The position numbers were made by a program, and so were the translations under genes. A DNA stretch of 64,000 nucleotides, taken from NCBI GenBank assembly GCA_963575745.1, contig CAUYUJ010000092.1, positions 558,001 through 622,000 of the forward strand, read 5' to 3'. The notes under the pieces are model-generated. The model saw only the letters and a program-made list of their open reading frames with translations. It did not search any database and was not told where the DNA came from. Positions 22,805 through 64,000 of the stretch are shown here, piece after piece (position 1 is the stretch's first letter; the number at the start of each line of letters is the position of its first letter). Source of the stretch: Prorocentrum cordatum. Its lineage: Eukaryota.

Positions 22805-25074
22805 TCATATGTTTTCCCTTCGCCAAGTCGTCGGAAGCGGAGCCGCGCGCGACCGCCTTCCGTTCGCTGGGCGGGAACACGTTCCGATCCCAATGCCAGG
22901 TTTTTTCCCCCTCCCCGCCCCAAACATTTCCGGGCAACATCGCACAATAATCGCCTCGTGCCGCCCAGCCGGGTGCATCCATTCGGGGATGGACAGACTT
23001 CCCTTTAGTAAACCTCCCTTCAGTGAGAACGGCCTAGGACCGAACCTGACGGACCTGGACCCGCGAGAATGACTGCCGCGACGCCCTCTCGCGAACCGAA
23101 AACGGCCAATTCCTTCATCGACGTGTCAGGGTAGGAGGTCTGTCCCCCTCGGATCCAAATACGCACCCAAAATGGGAGGAGGAGGGAGAAAGGGAGGGGA
23201 GGGCTGGGAGAGGCGGGGCCCGCCGACTCGCTCGACCTGGCCAGCCCTGGCTCCTGCTCCTGCTGCCAGTCCCGCTCCCGCTCCCGCTCGTGTGCCCGCG
23301 CGCTCACACCTCCAAGCTACCTCGGATCGGGCGCTCCCAGGAGGCGCCCAGACTTGACTTGGGGCCCACACTAGTCCCACGACAGCATCTCTCCTGTCCA
23401 TCTCAACGTCACTTAGGGCACCACGGGCCCCATGACAACACACACCCCTGCGACGAGACAGCCCACGAGAGCCCGCACATGGCCCCAATACGTTCCGATA
23501 CGGATCAAGCGAACCCAATCTCAATCGGCCCCCAAGAGATACCCAAATGGATCCCCGGGATACCGCGAATTGGTTCCAGGAGGTACCTGATCCACTATCT
23601 TGGCACGGTGGCGGGAAGAGCCGAAAGACATTATGTGCACCATAGACTGCGCCCTGCATCCGCACTCCCAAGACCACGATTCCCCGTAAACTGCGAAAGC
23701 GCGAGGAACCCAAAACGGCATGAACACAGAAACTTCTGGAATTCCGCGCGGATTTCTTGGATCCGCGCTGGACCCCCCCCTCTTGCAAAAGGCGCAAAAG
23801 GCGCCCTCAGGGAGGGGGGCCAGCGCCGATCTGAGAATCCGCGCGGAGCTACGAAAGCTTATAGCCATGCCGCATTGGTTGCTCTTCGATGTAGCCTGTG
23901 CCCTTCATCCGCACTCCCAGGAACACGCCCCCCCATAGAGTACGAGAGAAAGTCGAGGGTTCGCGGCTGGAGAAAGAGAGACTGGCGGCAACGCAGGGCA
24001 GCGCCAGGGCCAGAAGCATTACGGTGACAGCCCGGGGGCAGGGCTCGCGAAGGAAACGGGCGCGGCAAGGGAGGGTGGCGCCACTGCCAGGTCTAGCCGA
24101 GGACACTCGGGGATCTCGCTGGCGAGAGTAGAGGTCTCCTAGATGGCGTCCAAATATCGGCGGCCAGCCCGGAGGGGAAGTGAGAGGGCGCCGGCATTCT
24201 CAGAAGGCTCGGAAGGTCTCGGGCCTTCTGAAAGGTTTTCTAAGCCTTTCCCGAAGACGCAGAAAACTTCTCACAGGCCGGAGGGCTTCTGAGAAGTCCC
24301 GCCGCATTCTGAGAAGGCCTGCTCCTTCTCACTTCCTCTCCTGGGCGTGCCTCTGATCCTAGATTGGGTCCGAGTCTACGGGGTCGGAGAATTGTGCCGA
24401 ATCGTCGATTTACCACAGAGTGCAGCGCGAAAACCTTCTGGGGAAAAAAATATCTGCGGTCCCAGGGCACAATCACTCGTCATACTCATGTCGGGCACAG
24501 TGGGAACGGCCGCTGCTGATTCGCATTCGTGGAACATCCGAGCTACTTGTTTGCTGCTCACCCGGTCCATTGCAGATTTCGCGCGGACAAGACCGCACCG
24601 CCGGCGACCACCTCACCTGGGGGAGTCGGGGGGATCGGGAGGGTTCGGGGAGGAGTCGAGGGGGTCGCAGGGGTTGGGGAGGGTATGGGCAGGTCGAGTG
24701 GGGTTAAGGGGGGTCTGGGAGGCTGGGAGGAGAGATGGTCGTGCAACCGTACCCGTGCCGCTGCCGGTGCATATAAGTCCTGCAGCCGTACAAATACCGC
24801 GTGGCCATGCTGCCGCAACGAAGCTGGCACTGCGTTGTCCTGCTGCCGCACCAGCGCTACCGGTACTGGCGGGAGTATCCAGCACAGGTACCAGTACCGC
24901 GTGCACCTGCTGCCGTACAGTACCGCACCGTACTGTGGCCATGATGCGGCAGTGGCTTCGAGCTCCTGGTCATACGATGTATCCTAACTTCCAAGGGCAG
25001 TAGCCTCTGTTTCCCTCCCCTCCACTGGGCCCATCCCTTCCCTTGGTCCCCTCCCTCCCCTGATTCCCTGGGGC

Positions 25075-61275
<36,201 letters not shown>

Positions 61276-63350
61276 CGCCGGCGGGAGGGGGCCTCGATTG
61301 CGGGGGGGCCCACGACGGGGATCTCCGCCAAAGACCCGCGCCTTCTCCATGAGGCAGCGGGTGGCCAAGACCGCGGCGTTGGTGGTCATTTGCGCCTGTG
61401 TGCTACTCTACTTTGCAGGGGCAACAGTAGCCTGCTCCTCGAACTCGAGGTAGACAGCCTGTCTTGGGCCAGTAGAAGCAAGAGCCTCATCGCTATCCAT
61501 CATCAGCGAAACGTCAGCTTTCTCGAGCGCAAGTTCTGAAATCGCAATCATCATCCCGCGCGCCGTGGATTCGAGCAGGCGTCCGGTCCGAAAAAGATTT
61601 GGTCAGAAGTTGGGGCTGCAGGCTGCCTGCAGCAAACGCAACGTGAAGCCTGCAAAGGACTGCCTGCTGCTCCTGGTGGCCGCGCGGAACGACCACGAAC
61701 GCGGCGTGGGTAAGCATGAAACTGTCGAGGGCTCCGAGGCCGTGGCCCCTTGTTTCCCTTCGCGCGGGGGAGATACGGTAGAGGGGAACAAGTACTGAAC
61801 ACTCCCCACCCCCCCAAACTCAATGTTGGCACGCGCGGGGGAGACTGCGGTCGAAGTGCGTCTCATCAGACCCACCACCAACTTTTAACATTTGGGGGGA
61901 GGGGGTGGGGGCGTTGACGGATGAATGTGGCATGTGTTCGCTAATTTGTTCCGAGGCCTGTACTTCTGATTCTTGGCATGTTTTACGTGAATCGGGTCGG
62001 CAACTTTGACGGTGAACTGGTCGCACGCGCCGCCTCCAGGAGGCAGCTTCTCTGGGCACCCACGACGCCCAACTTGATGCCAAGGTCGACCTTTTTTCTC
62101 GAGAATCCCGCCTTCGACTGCGATGCGCTTGCGCGCCTGGGCACCTGGATCTGCGGGGGCCGCGTCCGCAGGCTTCCCTCCCAACTTTCAAAAGTGAGCG
62201 ACCCACTGATCGCCCAAGAGTGCGAAGGCATGCCGCGTGGGCATAAGCACGAAGAGTGCACCCGATGACTGAAATAACAACAAGACCTCTGGACCTCGGA
62301 CACGCTCTGTTCACTCAGCTACGCATCAGATGTTCCCTAGCAGTGGGCTTCGTCGAATCTATATGCCCACGTCGCATCGACGCCGTAGGAACCGTAACAG
62401 CTCGAGTCCAAGGCTCTGTAACCGTCGTCGGGGTTCAGAGCGTTAGCCGGGCGAAAGAAAAGCTGGCGATTGGAGAGGGGGGCTGCGCCGAACATACCTC
62501 GCCCCTTTCAGTGTGATGTCACGGGCGAGCCCTGGGGAGCGGCGGCGGAGGAGCAGAGCAGGGGGGGGGGGGAACCAGGAGAGACGGACGGACGTATCGG
62601 TTGACCTAGGAACTCGCAGGCCAAGATGCGGGGTCAGAGTTAAGGGGGGCGTGCCGAACTGCTTCGTCGCAAATTATCGCGGGAGGTCTCGCTGACGCCA
62701 GGTCGCTGCGCACGCGTCCTTCGCGAGAACGGCAAAGGTCGGTTATGCCATCCTGCGTCAACTTCCATCACCCCCTATCGGGGCCCACCATCTAACCCTT
62801 CCCAAACAATGGACATGAACTGCTGATCTCCCCAAAGGCTCTCCCCGAGCATTGCGCCCCGCAGCTGGAGATTACGAAAGGGGCGGCGAACCGCGCCCTG
62901 CCGCCATTTAAGCCGCTGCGCGCGTGACGTGAGAGACACCGACACCATAATCATCTGCAGTAGACGCAGCACCTGCGAATCAGATATTCAAGGTATTCTG
63001 AGTTTCCTCTCTCTCTCTCTCGCACTTGCTCCTCCCACTCGCCTCGCCGCGCAACAGACGTCGAGCCAGTTTCGCTTGGGCACCGTCGACCTTGTGCACT
63101 ATCGCTGAAACAACACCATCGAGACTAATCTATGGGCGGGCCCCCTCGGCAACAGATTCGAACACAATGCCATTGCACCAGCGATTGGTGCAATCTTGCC
63201 AGAACCCCAGGAGCAAATTGTTGCCGAAACGCGCTTTCTGGACGCGTCTGGGGGCCTCCAAGAGAAATAACTACCACCAGCCTGGAGCGCGGGCCCTAAC
63301 TACCTGCAGCTGCGAACAACTTCGGAGGAGGAGGAGGGGCACCCCGCGAG

Positions 63351-64000
63351 TTAGCGCAGCAGGTCAGCCATCCCTCCCCTGGCGAGCAGCACGCGGGCAC
63401 GCCCTTGCGGCGGCCTTGGCTGCGAAGCCGCTGCTCTGACCTCCCCCAGGCGGCAAGAATTAAACGCGGAGAATTTCATGTCAGAGGCGACTGCGCCGGC
63501 ATGCGTGTACTGTCGAGAGGACAGAGCGACGAGGGGGGCCACAGATGCGGAAGGAAACAAAAAAGGCGCCCAATAACCCCGCCCAGGAGGCAGGGACGGC
63601 ATCAGCTGCCTAACGGTTGGGGCGATGACAGGGCATTCAAAGTAGTGGGCGATGCTGTCAGCACCGAAGTTGCAACACCCAAAGACACAGAAAGAGGTCG
63701 GCTGCCTAAAGCGCTTACTTGTGGGCCAGCCATTGAACGCGGTTATTAGGACGCACGTAATTATGAAAATAGGTAGGCGCCTACTCAGAACTTGAAGTCG
63801 AATGACGGCGGTGTCGGCGTCAGCAATGGAGGCCTCGGGGGTCCAGTCGCGAAGCCTGTCGATCAATGAGGGGCCCATGGGAACCTGCGGCTGCTGCTGG
63901 AGGAGGCATCTCGTGATGGCGCTCTGGAAGGTCTTGTTGGGGACAATCATAGGAGCAGAGGAAGGGGCGGTGAACGAGTCGTAGACTTGGGACACCTGAT
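63351..64000 (-). mobile_element. 3' end of non-LTR retrotransposon ORF2 (zinc-finger C-terminus), cut by the window edge
   Basis: NGWPTSKRF..CVFGC..ADSIAHYFECP, a CCHC-type motif typical of LINE ORF2 C-termini. Confidence 0.8.

Noticed and set aside
61424..61600. Minus frame ..SELALEKADVSLMMD..AVYLEFEEQATVAPAK* as the last exon of an upstream gene
   Set aside because: No convincing acceptor or homology; unsupported.
61900..62250. Possible APE endonuclease start (LGVVGAQRSCL) on the minus strand
   Set aside because: One weak motif only.

Overview
Repeat-dense, GC-rich eukaryotic genomic DNA. The GC/GA/GT donors, AG|G acceptors, short exons embedded in microsatellites and same-strand genes point to a dinoflagellate, Prorocentrum-like (inference). 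Almost all long ORFs in the six-frame track are microsatellite read-throughs. By hand I assembled a phase-consistent minus-strand gene of about 20 exons (61275 to about 25075, about 1057 aa). It encodes an S1 RNA-binding domain, an acidic low-complexity region, a 4-Cys CW-like zinc finger and a CUEDC2-like C-terminal motif. Fragments of a second minus-strand gene lie at 1-22050. Introns and intergenic space hold a decayed full-length Ty1/copia element with very short LTRs (39656-46970), non-LTR retrotransposon remnants, a DIRS-like gag remnant, satellites and many small inverted-repeat elements. The most notable signals concern intron origin: an intron that is exactly a TIR element plus its 5-bp TSD (36564-36740), an intron bounded by a perfect 24-bp direct repeat (22-436), an exon bracketed by two inverted MITE copies, and TIR elements whose only cargo is microsatellite. 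All calls are by eye; no database search was run.
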